Of a stretch of 64,000 bases of DNA, positions 27,799 through 41,105 are shown in pieces. This stretch comes from Syncephalis fuscata S228 (lineage: Eukaryota > Fungi > Zoopagomycota): positions 1 to 64,000 of the forward strand of contig JAHLTZ010000051.1 of NCBI GenBank assembly GCA_025786725.1. The letters run 5' to 3'. Each line of letters opens with the position of its first letter. The first letter of the stretch is position 1. The position numbers and the translations under genes are program-made. A model generated the notes under the pieces. The model made no database searches and was not told the DNA's origin. It worked only from the letters and a program-made list of their open reading frames with translations.

Positions 27799-28401
27799 AT
27801 GGCTACTCCATTCCATACGCGCGGTAGTTCTCAAACTGCCAAGCAGCCTATGCATAATCGTAAACGCACATTCTCTGAGGCGTATATGATGCAAGGCTGC
27901 AAGACGACCTTGAAAAAGGTCCGTGTGACGAAGCTGATATCGCGGCCAATACTTGCTTCGTCTGCACCATCCTTTGCCACGCCTGTCTTTAACTTCTTTG
28001 TAAATTACCACTCGTCAAATTGGACTGTCAGCGATGCAGCTCCAATGGAAGATGTTAAAACAGCCAATGCCTTTACTTTCGAGTCGCACTATTGCTCGCC
28101 CAGCGGTGCTGCCAACAAGGCAATGCCAATGGAAGGTGTTGAGTACACCAGCGCGCCCCAAGCTGCAGAGGCAAGATCAAGCGAGGATGAAGCGGTTCGA
28201 AAAGTAGCTGCTCCAAAGTCGCGCCGCAGTCTTGTGCACCGCGCTAGCGAGAAAGCACCAGTTAGTGCTAGCGATGACGAGAAGAAACAGGCGGATGTGG
28301 CCGAGGAGGAGCCGGTCGAGAGAGAAGAACTCGAAGAAGTAGTTGCACCAGGGCCACGAATTATCACAGTGACTTTTGATGACGACGAAGAAGAAGCATA
28401 G
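27799..28401 (+). CDS. Hypothetical 200-aa protein (right-arm copy)
   Basis: Mirror of 1173..1775 with four amino-acid differences; a ctacag splice acceptor lies just upstream of the ATG. Confidence 0.6.
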   Translation: MATPFHTRGSSQTAKQPMHNRKRTFSEAYMMQGCKTTLKKVRVTKLISRPILASSAPSFATPVFNFFVNYHSSNWTVSDAAPMEDVKTANAFTFESHYCSPSGAANKAMPMEGVEYTSAPQAAEARSSEDEAVRKVAAPKSRRSLVHRASEKAPVSASDDEKKQADVAEEEPVEREELEEVVAPGPRIITVTFDDDEEEA

Positions 28402-29035
28402 GCAAAGTAAGTAGAATATAAATTAAATAGAGCAATACTAATACTAATTTAGGCATCATTGCCATAAGGCGGGACCAGCAGACAAGCGGCACTGTACACC
28501 GGGCTCTGTTGTTCAATTATAGAACTTGACAGGGACTGGGAACAGTAGCCACTTGTCTTTTTGGTGGGCTAGCCACTTTTGCCGAATCACATTTTGTTTT
28601 ATTTTGTTTTATAGGTTTTGCACCAATAAATCAGTTTATAATTATTAAAATTTACTACAAATGAATACCAATACTAATGTTTAGACAATAGCTATTTAGG
28701 CAACAAGATACAACAACGCCATTTCTAAACTACTAATCGATTTAAATTAATATATCATTTATTATAAGTAACATACTAGTGAATATTAATATTTACACCC
28801 AATCAATATTGTTCATTAGATTTACAACAACTAGAAATCACTGTATTACTTTATACAAATATATAATCACTTGACTAGTACAAAAACTGTTACATAATAA
28901 ATACATTCAGTTCGTCTACACAAGTGGCATTATATACTATATGGCAATTGCAAACTTGTAACACTTGTTGCTGTTTAATTGTACGTATTATTATACACTT
29001 TGTTTTTATAGGAAATTAATTAACCAAGTATAATC

Positions 29036-29708
29036 TGGGATTCAAATGAATACATCTGATAGTATTGCGCAATCGAATTAGGCATTTATTTTATTGAGCA
29101 TAAAGCTAAGTAGTAAGTTATATTGCTTATCAGAATACTTATTATTATAAATTTATCACTTGGTATGCATAGATGTATGAACAGGTGAATTAAATGAATT
29201 GAGGCTTAATATTAATAAAACCAACGATACATAGCTATTGGATCTGAATAATACTCGATTGCTATATAATAAGATGTTGTACAACAGGACGAATACATAC
29301 TGATCAAAACATGAATAGCGGTGAAGCTATTGTGTATATATGCATAAGCAAATTTAAAGAAATGAGTTGGGATTTAGTAACACCAAAGCTAAAATAAAAC
29401 TAAAAACATTTTTGGATAGAGAAAAGCAGAATGTGTATAGAGTGATATATAATAGAAAGAATATAAAATATAAAAAGTGGTGTTAAACCTATATACGCAT
29501 AACACAATAAATGGAATGCGTAGATTGCATTGCAAACTATAATGAATAAAATACGTTTATTATATTATAGAATGATATAGGTAGATAGAGATATATGCAT
29601 ACTGGATAATGGATCTATGATGACGAGTATTTGATGATTGATGTCACTCACCATCCATCATCATGTTTAATAGATTGGATGTTATTAAATCTAGTCATTT
29701 GACACCAA
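29036..29708. mobile_element. Degenerate short member of the GGGGTCAAATGACT repeat family
   Basis: gggattcaaatgaat..tgcgcaatcgaa at 29036 and the inverted end ..tagtcatttgacacc at 29708. Confidence 0.55.
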
Positions 29709-30660
29709 AACTGATATAATTATAGAAAATGCCATTGGTAAACCAATGAGTGTAGTTAAAAAATAGATAACAAAAAATAACCGGTTTATTAATTGAACTA
29801 CGCAGTTTGTGTAATGTAAAGATTATCAGTAAGACGAATTAAAAAATGCTAAAAATACCAAACTACGTCACTTGCTGCATGATGTCCACGTATTACTGCG
29901 TTGTTTTAGTAATACAATGATTAATACTGATGAGCTAACTGGCATCAACACGTCAGCTGCTATACATACTAATGGTAGTTATTATAATGCAGTTGCTTAA
30001 AATTACTACTATTTATTATTGAACCTATTTTTTATATATACAAACTAAAATAGATAAAGTACAACAAGCTATTTAGCACAAAACAGACTAAACAGCTTAA
30101 AACTAATCAACATAGTGGCTTATTTATTGAAAAAGGTTTATCCAGTAGTGCTACAATAAATAATGACTAAAGAGGTTCTAAACTACGTCATTGGCCTGCA
30201 ACTTATTTTAATTAGGCATCGGTTAATCATTGCTTGCAGTTTATGGCAGTCAATGACCCATAAAAAGCACCATTGCCTAAATTATAAATGGTCTTGCTCG
30301 TTTCATGAAGCATTATTAGCTATTAATTGGGACGATGTTGCACGCTTGGTAGGTTTTAAAAATAGAACCGAGCCTACCAACCAATCGTTCGCTTTAAACT
30401 TTTCGGCTCTACTATTTCTAGCGTTTCAGCTGGCCAATTAAAGTGTAGATAATAATAGCCTGATTGCTTGGCTAGGATTACCCGCTTAGCATGTGATAGT
30501 GTTGCGCATACTACTGACAAGTCTATAGTGATATAAATATGCTACTCGCTTTGACCATGATTGATCAGGTTGCATCGTAGCAACTTGTATCTTTCATTAT
30601 TCTAGCACTGTTTATTCATTTTTGGCCTATTTAAACCATTCGCTTCTTACCTAGTTTAAC

Positions 30661-30855
30661 ATGAAATTGGCTGCCACAATCATTACTACTCTTGCTGTTT
30701 TGGTCGCAGTCGCCTCTGTCAAAGCATCACCATTGCCTGCCATGCCTTTATTTGGTGTCACAGCATCTCCACTCGCTAGTAGCTTTGTTAGCGATTCGCC
30801 GGATTATAGACGTAACAATTCGCCGGATTATAGACGTGGCAATACTTTCTTCTAA
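30661..30855 (+). CDS. Small secreted KEX2-processed repeat-peptide precursor (KEP-like)
   Basis: Signal peptide MKLAATIITTLAVLVAVASVKA followed by SP; tandem cores DSPDY-RR and NNSPDY-RR encoded by a 24-bp-period repeat; TATAAA at ~30532. Confidence 0.75.
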   Translation: MKLAATIITTLAVLVAVASVKASPLPAMPLFGVTASPLASSFVSDSPDYRRNNSPDYRRGNTFF

Positions 30856-31161
30856 TATCAATCTTCAACTTGCTATTCGGCTGTTTATAAAAATAACTAA
30901 TAAATCTTTATATAATCAACACATTGTTTTGCTGTACGACGTCTTTTTAATCTCTTTCATTATTACAAATGATGGAGTGGGCACACATTTGTAATGGTTG
31001 TAGCAAATACATTTATAATTATTCGAATAAAATAGGAATAACAATTTAGCGAATCATCCAAATTGATCACTTTTTACAATGAAATCGTTTTATTGTGCAT
31101 ATTTATTGCATCAAAGGGCTAAAATGTGTCGAACAGTTGGTTTAAAAGTTAATTAAAATGG

Positions 31162-33037
31162 CTAAGGACCGGCAGGAAGGGCAGCGATGGCAGGATTGGC
31201 ACGTTCATAGCTCCATATTCTTGCGCGGAAGTCTCCTGAGCCGGTTGCAAATAGATTGCCTTTTGGACTAATTGCCACAGAAATTACTACATCATAGCAT
31301 CAAATATATGCAATTAATAACAGCGATCATCACATTAGTCTAATAGCTTACCAGAATTTTTATGGCCATGAAGAACAAATAGTTTTTGCGCCTTAACCGG
31401 GTCCCAGAACTGAACGGCTCGATCTTTACTACCGCTAATTACCCAGTTACCGCACGGCGAACAGGCAACCGATAGGACAAAGTCTTTGTGGCCGGTAAAT
31501 GTTGTGGTACAGGCGTTGGCTCCCGACCGGCTATTAGGCGTGGTGCCTCGTCCAAGTTCCCACATTTTAATTGATTTATCCAAAGAACCGGATACCAAGT
31601 GTTTGCCTATTAAACAACAAACATTTAGTCGTTATTGAAGTAGTAGCGGTAGTAGTAGTAGTAGCAATCACTTACCATCCGGTGCAAATACTACCGAATA
31701 CACAGAGTCTCGATGGCCTTCAAATCGTTCAACAAATTCACCTGTACGTGTTTCCCAGACACGCACCATACGATCTAGACTACCTGCAGCGACGTATTTA
31801 CCATCTGGACTAAAGGCAACGCTAGTAACGCCAGCATCTTTGCTGCCATGATCTTCCACAACCAGTGTGTGTAATAATCGGCCATTCTCCGCATCCCAGA
31901 TGCGTGCCGTTCTGTCGCCACTACCGCTGACAATAAGTCGGCCGTCACATGAATAGTCCAAGGAGTAGATGTCCTGTGTATGTCCTTGTAATACAGTACG
32001 AATTTGTTTTGCCACAAGATCCCAAATCTATATAATTATAATTATAATAAATATTGTTACTATTAATACTGTTTAATTGAACCGTTCTATCAATTACTTA
32101 CACGGATCTGACGATCTTCAGCACCTGTAGCAATAAATTTACCATCTGGACTAAAGCATACGGATCGAATGTATAAATCGCCTTCACTTGACACCGACTC
32201 ATCAGCTAATACACTAAAATTTAATTCACGTAATAGTATCAATATCGCTAATACAATACACTATTAATAAGCACTATTTACCTAATTCGCTGCCCAGTAA
32301 CAACATCGTAGATCTGTGCCGTTCGATTACATCCAGTGGCCAAATACTTGCCATCGTGACTGAAATTAACGCAGCAAACCACACTATGCAAATAGATGAT
32401 TCAATATTAGATTTACGATAATTAAAGGTTTCTAGGACTACATGTTGGCGTCAACCTACCTAGAATGGTCTAATGTATGTACAAGATCAACATCAAGCAG
32501 TTTAGGCATTTTACTATTAAATCTATACAAGGCTAAATAAGTAATCCTAAGTTTATTGGATACATGTCCACTTACGCAATAACCCAATCTGACCCCTCAC
32601 GACGCATACCACTCTGAGTCACCTCAGTATCCATATCTACTGGTGTACGACGTACCACAGAAGAGGCCGATGATGGTGGCGGTGGCTGCTGTGACGGTAT
32701 CGACGATGGGGGTTGCGAAAGTCTTGGTGTACCCGGATTATTGCCACGTCCGCTGTTTGGCCGTCCAGGCTGCTGTTGCTGAGAAGCTTGTGATGGTGGC
32801 ATTTGTTGTACACCATAGCCTATATAGAAATAGATATATAAATGGATACATTTTAACGCAATCTAAAGGCTTACCTTGAGATGGACCACCCATATGTGGT
32901 GTACTAGACGAGGCAGGGTAGCCATGAGATGGTGCAGCACCTCCCGATGAATGTTCACCATCAACACGGGGACGCTTTGCATATCCAGCTTGCAATTGCG
33001 CCTGTTGTGGCGTTAATTGTTGCGGCGCTCCCTGTTG

Positions 33038-33068
<31 letters not shown>

Positions 33069-33820
33069 TGTTGTTGTTGCTGTTGCTGAGAGTGATAATA
33101 GCCAGCATGCTGTGCTTGTGTACTAGGATGTGGTGGTCCTTGATGTCCCGATGGCGGTGGCTGTTGCTGCTGTTGCTGCTGTTGCGATGGTGGCTGTTGT
33201 TGCTGCGGTGGTGGCTGCAACTGCGATGGATGTTGGTGCATGTGATGCATACCTTGCGACTGCGTATCATTAGCTGTCGCTGTTGGGTGTGGCGGCAAAG
33301 CAGGTCCACTTCCCGGTGCAATATTACCAAACAGTGTCGAACTATGATGACCAATTTGTGGTGGTGGTGGCTGCGATGGAGCCACAGCCGATCCACTGCC
33401 ACCAGCACGCAAATGTTCAATTTCACGCCGTAATCGCATAATCTCATCTTCATATCTACTCCAAATGTTACTACATTTAAACTCATAAATCACGCGTTAT
33501 AACCTACTGTTGTTTAATCTTGGCCTGATTCCGCTCCAGCTCCATTAAATTCTGCTGAAATAGCGTCATTTCTTGTACTTGTTGCGCCACAGCTATCCAG
33601 TTATTATATTAATTATTATATTCAATTATTATATTCAATTAGCGCCCGTCTATGCTTCATCGTACCACTTACTTTTCTGATCAAACTCGTCGCGCTGTAA
33701 CTTCAAATACGTAATCTCCTGGCTTAACTGATCATATTCATGGCGAATCTGATCCAAATATTCGTGTACTCGATTGGCCGCGGCCGTCGGTACCATTTGC
33801 CGATGATTATAGATGGACAT
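31162..33820 (-). CDS. TUP1: General transcriptional corepressor Tup1 (Tup_N coiled coil, polyQ, WD40 repeats); multi-exon
   Basis: N-terminus [30 protein letters not shown]; WD40 motifs [44 protein letters not shown]; stop at 31162. Confidence 0.95.
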
Positions 33821-34417
33821 GATGTTACCTTCTACTGCAGTAACAGTAATAGATTATATTGAATTTGCACTCTTGTCAATGTATGCAAACAGTTAGATTG
33901 ATTCTTGTTCTTGGTAGTAATATGGATCATGTACAGATCCGTAAACAACAATGTCAGTCCAAGTCGGATGACAAAATAAAAACACCGATTTAGACAAGTA
34001 ATAGTCTGTAGTCGTTTGTAGTACTAAACGCATATACACTCGTCACCATCAATGAAGAGAAACTGCGCGAAAGCGTATAAATACGCGTGTGTTAACAATG
34101 GAGTGATAATGGTGGTGGTGGTGGCAGTAGTAGTTATAGTTAGTGTAGTGGTGTAATAGTATGCGGTAACAGATGAGAGAGAGAGAAAGTAGCAACAGCG
34201 TCGACAACTATTGAAACGGAATAATAAACGCAGAATCTCACACAAACCACCCACGTTTACACCTTATTCGTGTCGCGATTCGTGTTGTCACTTTGGTTAC
34301 AGACAACAACGCCCGATATTACCACTGGTGCCAAGAGTAGGACAGCCGGGATACACGAATTGGCAATAGAGACTATCTTAAAACAAAGAATAGGAAGATA
34401 AAAAGAGATAAGCGAGA

Positions 34418-34422
34418 ATGTA

Positions 34423-34455
<33 letters not shown>

Positions 34456-34462
34456 GTGTGTT
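34418..34462. repeat. (TGTATG)n microsatellite
   Basis: Seen directly. Confidence 0.85.
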
Positions 34463-34807
34463 TATGTGTAAAAGTAAAATCCACAGAAATAGGGAAAATA
34501 TTGGTAATACCAGAAATGACGTTAACTGAGTTAATTAATTATTATGATTAACTGCGATCATTAATAGTAATCTAATTAGATTATAATTAATTAATGTTAA
34601 TATGTTAATCGTATTATTATAATTACGCTTAATATTCTTGATACGCTTTCTATTTCTTTTTTCCTATTAGCTGTTGTTGTACTATTGTTGCTATACTTGT
34701 TGCCAAGACTAACAAGAAATAATCGTTTAGGTAAAAGAAGCAACAGAGTTGACCCATCCACAGTGTAGCCATAGACGTATTCTTTCTCCTTTTACTTTCT
34801 TGTAGCA

Positions 34808-36090
34808 ATGGCACCACTACAACACCTGTTGCTTGTATTTGTTCATGGCTTTCGGGGCGATGACACAACATTTGAAGTAACTATTACTAAATACTATGTA
34901 TCTGTATTCTAATAATAGAATACAACTCTCTATTAAATAGGCGTTTCCTGACCGATTGCGACAAGTTTTGACGAATTCATTACGGGATGTTGACGTAGAT
35001 GCCGTAGTTTATCCTCAATATGCAACCAGAGGTGATTTTACACAAGCTGTACACTCATTCTGTCACTGGTTACTTGACTTGACAGCTGAACGACAAAAAG
35101 CGTCTAAAAGTAAAGTTAATGTTATTTTACTCGGACATTCAATGGGTGGACTTATAGGTAAATAGACCCTATATCTATATATCTATATATCTATATACTA
35201 GATTGTATATACTAGATTGTATATTAATCTATAGTACTGCTTATTAGTGTCTGATGCACTTCAAAAACTACAAGATCAACCAGATAATGGATCAAGCTTG
35301 GCACTTGAACACCAACCAACAATACTCGCTCTACTGGCCTATGATACGCCATTCTTTGGTTTATCGTCGCCATTTATTTCACGTACAGCATATACACATG
35401 CCAACAACTGGGGTGGTACATTTGCTTCAACCGCAACATTGCTTTCATCGGCTGCCGTTCCTGCTGCCAAACTATTTGCGGGCAGTCGATGGAAGGCAGC
35501 CGCGGGCGGTGGTGTATTGGCAGCAGCATTATTAGGTACTGCATTTGCTAATCGCGATAAAGTAAAAGAAGGTGTATTATGGGCCTCTGAACATTTAATG
35601 TTTGCTGGTACATTAATGAATGAAGTAGAAATGAGAGAGCGGTAAGTAACAGAGATATATATATAAATACTTGTAATTAATTAATTAGTTAATTACTTGT
35701 GTGTGTGTGTGTGTGTATATTTAGTGTTGATAAACTACACACTCATCCAAATGTTCAATTTAGATGCTACTACAATGTGGTAATGTATATTTTGTATTTT
35801 AGTTTAATACAGCTTATCTAATACAACTATTGTATATCTATTACACATAGATTCGGGCCTCTAACGGTGAAAACTCCACCTTTATTCATCCACCACCATC
35901 ATCATTGGCATCTAGCTGTTTTATTCCAATACCGTCACAGGCCAAGGATGAAATTGATGCCCATACTACTATGTTTAGTCTAAGCAATCCCGTCTACTAT
36001 ACACTAGGTGATAACTCAATTAACTTTATATGCGACACAGTCAATATGTATTTAGAAAAGCAAAAACAAGAACAACTGCTATCGCAATAG
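34808..36090 (+). CDS. Alpha/beta-hydrolase (DUF676/PGAP1-like serine esterase); multi-exon
   Basis: LVFVHGFRG, nucleophile elbow GHSMGG, LAYDTPFFG, DEIDAH; GT-AG introns. Confidence 0.85.
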
Positions 36091-36614
36091 TATAGGAAAT
36101 AATAAGAAAGAACAAATCGTCGTCTATCTATTCATATCTATATATCTATATATCTATATCTATATTTGTGTGTGTCTGTGTGTGTGTGATGGAATATGAA
36201 TAAACAACACTCCTTATTAATCTGTACTAATGCGTCACTCTCCTTCTCTAAATTCATTTGATAACAACGAACAAGCCATTACCACGACTGAACAGTAAAG
36301 TGTACTCATTGTAATTGCCAGTACTGCTTATTTGTTTGTTGCTGGTGTTGTTGCATTTCTCTTGTTGTAATAGTAGTCGTTGTCGTTGTCGTAGTAGTAG
36401 TCGTAGTAGTCGTAGTCGTAGTAGTAGCCATAGTCGTTGTCTTTGTTATAATAGGCGTGGCTAGTGCTACTAGTGCTCTTGCCAAGATCTATTTAAGAAA
36501 AAACCTTGTCAATCTAGTTGTGCTTTGAAGCTGTCGTATTGTTCTTTTCTATATTGAACTAGGGATTGGTGACTGCAACTTGAACTATACGCACAGAACG
36601 ACATTGACTCAATC

Positions 36615-38490
36615 ATGGTGGAATCAAACGGACTAGGAACATCGGTAAGTAGTTAAAAGGATTGACTTGTATCAATATATATAATGACGGATAACTAATA
36701 TTGATACTGTGTTGTTATAGTTGGGATCAGGGTTATGGGCGCTGATCAGTTGGCCATTTAGAACGACTGGTTATATACTAGTGTATATTGGTAAGTAGAG
36801 AGGCAAATAAAGAGATGTCATAACTCATCATGACATGACATATAGCTGAACTACTTCGACTTATTGATATTAATCGTGGAAGATCTGGTATTACGGATAG
36901 AGCGGGAGGGCGACGTCGACCTCGAACAGATCCTCGACAATGCGCTGAACGATTTAATCGAGTATTTGAATCGTGCTATGGTACACAGCATCCTGAATTC
37001 CGCGAAAGTAGCTATACTCAGGTAATAGATGGCTATTACATCGATAGAATAAAATGTATTTGATACTTATACAGTATACTATTATATCTAGGCACTAGAA
37101 GATGGAAAGCGAGATTTAAAGTTTTTATTAATCTATCTACATTCTGAAGAACACGATAACGCGGATAAGTTCTGTCGGTAAGTGTCATGCTATATAATTA
37201 ATTAATTAATGAATAGTTTGTTAATTGATGTTATTTAGAACTGTTTTGACATCAACACAATTATGTGATTTTGTAGATCGTCATCAATTTATATGTTGGG
37301 CGGGTGATATTGAAGATCAGGAAGCATTTCAAGGTAAGTATGTTGGAGTTTATTAATAAACATGTAAATGTATTGACCAATAGTATGGATATTAATATGA
37401 TATGTAGTGAGCACTACACTCGAAGCGACGGCTTTCCCCTTCCTAGCCATTGTAGCATTACATATGCCGGGTGCTATGAGTGGGGCCAGTGTACTTAGTA
37501 GTTCAGCTAGAATGACGGTAGTGGATCGACTTGATGGTAAGTTATAGAGTATATTAGCTATTTCTTTGTTTAATGAATATATATATATATGTGTGTGTAT
37601 GTGTATATGCGTATATATAGGTATAATGGACGTAAATATCATTATTAATCGATTACAGCGGGTAGTTGATCGTTATGAAGGACAACTAGAGGCTGCTCGT
37701 GCCGAACGTCGTCAAAGAGAAATTAATCGTATATTACGTGAAGAACAAGATGCAGCCTACCAAGCAAGTCTGCGTGCAGATCAAGAAAAGGTGAGTATTT
37801 AACAATATAATATAATATAATATAATATAATATAAAATGAAATTAATTAATTAATTAATGATTATTATTGTCATTTAGGAACGTCGAGCCCGTGAAACGC
37901 GTGAACGTAAAGAACGTATAGAACGTGAATTAAAAGAAAAAACACAGGTAAATCTAATATAATTAGTATAATAAAATATATGTTACTAAACTGGTTTATT
38001 AGAAACGTCTACTCTATCGACAATATCTGCGTGCTCAATTACCTGATGAACCATTGGCAACTGAGGAGAATACCACTCGGTTAGGCATTCGCTTACCAGA
38101 TGGTCATCGTATTACACGTCGTTTTCGTGGCGATGAACGAATTGAAGTAAGTATTGTCTATTCGTTAGCACTACTGTACCCTAACCATCTATACTACTCT
38201 TCTATGTAACAACTATTCATTAGCATGTATTTGCTTTTATTGATACTTTGGATATCGATGCTACCAGTCTGGATACAAGTCTGCACACTCTGCCGCCTGC
38301 TGATTATAAACATCACTACAACTTTATTCTTGTATCGCCAATGCCTCGTGCCGAATACACCGCTGATGCACCAGAGACTGCCATTGCCTCGATATCTGCT
38401 TGGTGGCCAAGTGCTAACTTGCTAGTAGAGCGCATTGAAGAAGACACAGATGAGGATGTTAGTATTAACGAAAACGATGCATTAATATAA
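36615..38490 (+). CDS. UAS + UBX domain Cdc48/p97 adaptor (FAF2/UBXD8-like); multi-exon, start uncertain
   Basis: Hydrophobic hairpin LWALISWPF, FLLIYLHSEEHD, LREEQDAAYQASLRADQEK, IRLPDGHRITRRF, WWPSANLLVE. Confidence 0.9.
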
Positions 38491-40163
38491 GCGCATAGGC
38501 GACAAATAATAAACATTGTTTAGTTGGTTGTACATTGTGTTATATATATTCGTAATAGATGCTTCCATTTATAATTAAATGAAGCAATCAATGCCATTGA
38601 GCTTAACCAATCCATTGTGGATATAAATATACGGAGTGCCTATATTTTAGACCCCGACATCACGGAGGCCTTAAACTGTGCAATTTACGGTGAAGCTTTG
38701 CTTCAAGTCCACATGTATCGTTTATGCCATAGATGTTTTATCGATACTTGTTGCCATTCTACTCTCTTCCCCTTTCCTCCGTATCTTATACATTTTATAC
38801 ATAAATCCTGCGTTCAGTCAATAGCCTTGAACTACATAAGTACAAGCGGTGTACGAACGTTTAGGACACCCTTCTTTTACTTTCATAGCTTTTTTGGTAA
38901 CACGGTCATTGTTTTAGTCTAAGATTGCTACATCTCGATTACCGCAATTGGACCATTCGTGCCACCGTCTAGCCTCCATATTTCCATATTCCCCGCCACT
39001 CCACTACGCCCTTTTTACTCTTTACTCTTACTCTTTTTCCTACTCTTTTTTCCACTTTGCTAGTTGATGGTTTAGCCATCGATTTCGATTAACGATAATT
39101 AATTGGTTACGTACAAGGTAAGATACCATGAAGTGCAGCTTTCTGGAGGGACAAACGCGTGGTTGCATGATCGGCACCGAGCGCAGTCGGGCATCAAATC
39201 GCCGAGCATATCTATGCAGTCATAAAATGGCAATGCACGTCAATGTACGAGTCGCGGTGTAGGCAAATGAACGGGTATACTAGCTAGGAGAGCGAAATAG
39301 GCCTACGGATAAAAGCATACGCTGCAATGTGCACGCTCTGCCTCTCTGTAACCTGTCGTGTGCAGCCTACTACAGCATAATGTCACACAGTATGAGGCTC
39401 TGATTACACATCAACGCTGCTATTGATGCTGCCGCCTACCACGCGGTAGCCATCAGCTAAACTGGTATGGTTTTGCTCATTCATCGTTCTTGCTTGGTTG
39501 CTCCCATCTATTTTCTTCATTGTTGGCCAGCCAGCCTGTTTGGCGCGTCCGCTTCTGGTTCTCCCATGTTTCTCCAATCAAACTTACACGCGTGCCACAC
39601 ACACACACACACACACACATATACAATCCATTCAGACCGCCACCTGTTCCTTGCCTTTTTGCTATTCCTGATACTGTTTCGCTTGCTCACCCAATTTCCA
39701 TCGCCTTGCCACCCCAAAAAGGAGCCAAGGCTGCGAGCTGGCGTTCTTTATAGTTCCTTTCCTTTTGCCGTTTGCTCATCTTAATTGGTTACGCATGCGT
39801 CTATTTCCTTCAATTATATTTGTATTTTGAGCGTTGTCTACTAATTGTGAACACTTTACTTACGTATTGTTTGAACACTCCATAAACCAACCATAACAGC
39901 AATAACAGCAACACCACCACCATAGCGGCAGCCGTCTATTTCCTTGTCGGTCGTTGATTTCCTTACTATTTTTTTCTTTTATTTAGCTACGCTTGTGGCC
40001 GCAGTAGAACCTAATAGCAGCACCTGTGCGCGTGTGTCCACTTGATCAAACCACCCATATTCTGGGCTAGGTAAGTATTTGCTTACAAAGGCAGTTCAAG
40101 GTCAAAAGTCCGACTCAATGCTAACCATCCATTTATCTATTTACCACCACTACAGTATCCATC

Positions 40164-41105
40164 ATGTCGTCTTCGACACCTCAGAACACTACTATAGAGC
40201 GTAGTCTCTTTTTCCAGCTCAATCTTGGCCTGATTGTCACAAGTACGGCCTTGGTCGTCTATTTGAGCAACTGCTGGCATGCTGGCAAAATGCTGCGCAA
40301 GCAGCCTCAGCTTGTCTACATGCTTTGCCTGCTTCAAGCCGTTGTTGGTTTGGCAGCCAGCTGTACCAATGTAGTGCATTATTTTATTTTTGACGTCAAC
40401 TGCAGCTTCCAAGCCTATTTGAATCTTGCCGGTGCCCAGATCATCACCACATGTGTACAAATGATTCTACTCCTCCGTCTCTACAAGCAATGGTCGGTGG
40501 GCCCCACGGTGCTGATTGCCGGCTGCATTCTTACCGTTGGCAAGTACATTCCATGGGCTTTTGCTTTGGCCAAATACCCGTCGCCCACTGCGACTAAAAT
40601 TGGTATTTGCGCCAGCATCAATCTTCCTTTCATCTTCTATATTGTTATTGCCTTTGAGGCAGTTATTTGTCTTTATCTTACCGGTGCATTTGCCTTTGCC
40701 ATGAATCGTTATGCTAAGCAAGAGGCCTGCAGCTTCTTCGAGTCGATGAAGCGCGAAGGTGCCGGATATTTCCTCGTCATGTCGGCCATCTCGGTCATTA
40801 TATTATTAATCTCACTTGTTGATGTGGGCAGCAGCTCAAGCGTCTTTACTGAGGTGCCATACGATGTATTCTGGATTTTCGCGTCCAAGATGCTTATTGA
40901 AGGTCTTCTTTCCGGCTACGAGGCTGCTATGCACGAAAGCAGCCGCGGTGGCGACGAAAGCGGTACTCATCCAACTAACTTCTCAACCAGTGGCCCACGC
41001 AGCCAACCGGGTATTACCGTTGATAAGACTTATCACTTCGAGGATGACAAGACTCGGTTGTCCGACACGTACCATGGGGACATACAGCTGAATTCAATGG
41101 CCTAG
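40164..41105 (+). CDS. Seven-transmembrane GPCR-like membrane protein
   Basis: Seven hydrophobic segments, Cys before TM3 (VNC) and in the second extracellular loop (GIC), Ser/Thr-rich tail; probable 5'-UTR intron 40071-40155. Confidence 0.75.
   Translation: MSSSTPQNTTIERSLFFQLNLGLIVTSTALVVYLSNCWHAGKMLRKQPQLVYMLCLLQAVVGLAASCTNVVHYFIFDVNCSFQAYLNLAGAQIITTCVQMILLLRLYKQWSVGPTVLIAGCILTVGKYIPWAFALAKYPSPTATKIGICASINLPFIFYIVIAFEAVICLYLTGAFAFAMNRYAKQEACSFFESMKREGAGYFLVMSAISVIILLISLVDVGSSSSVFTEVPYDVFWIFASKMLIEGLLSGYEAAMHESSRGGDESGTHPTNFSTSGPRSQPGITVDKTYHFEDDKTRLSDTYHGDIQLNSMA

Larger units (their letters stand above)
8..29566. repeat. Giant palindrome P1: two inverted arms of ~14.7 kb around a ~170-bp spacer
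   Basis: Mirror ORF pairs occur throughout: 1173..1775(-)/27799..28401(+), 10195..10527(-)/19021..19353(+), 13313..13513(-)/16035..16235(+). Coordinate sums are 29574 (outer) and 29548 (inner). Identity starts at base 8 (aatataataaacg) versus 29566. Confidence 0.97.

Noticed and set aside
30794-30838. Exact 20-bp direct repeat as a CRISPR-like array
   Set aside because: Only two units, a 4-bp spacer, in-frame coding repeat and eukaryotic context.
32929-33486. Poly-Leu/Ala/Ser ORFs
   Set aside because: Alternative-frame shadows of the Tup1 polyQ tract.
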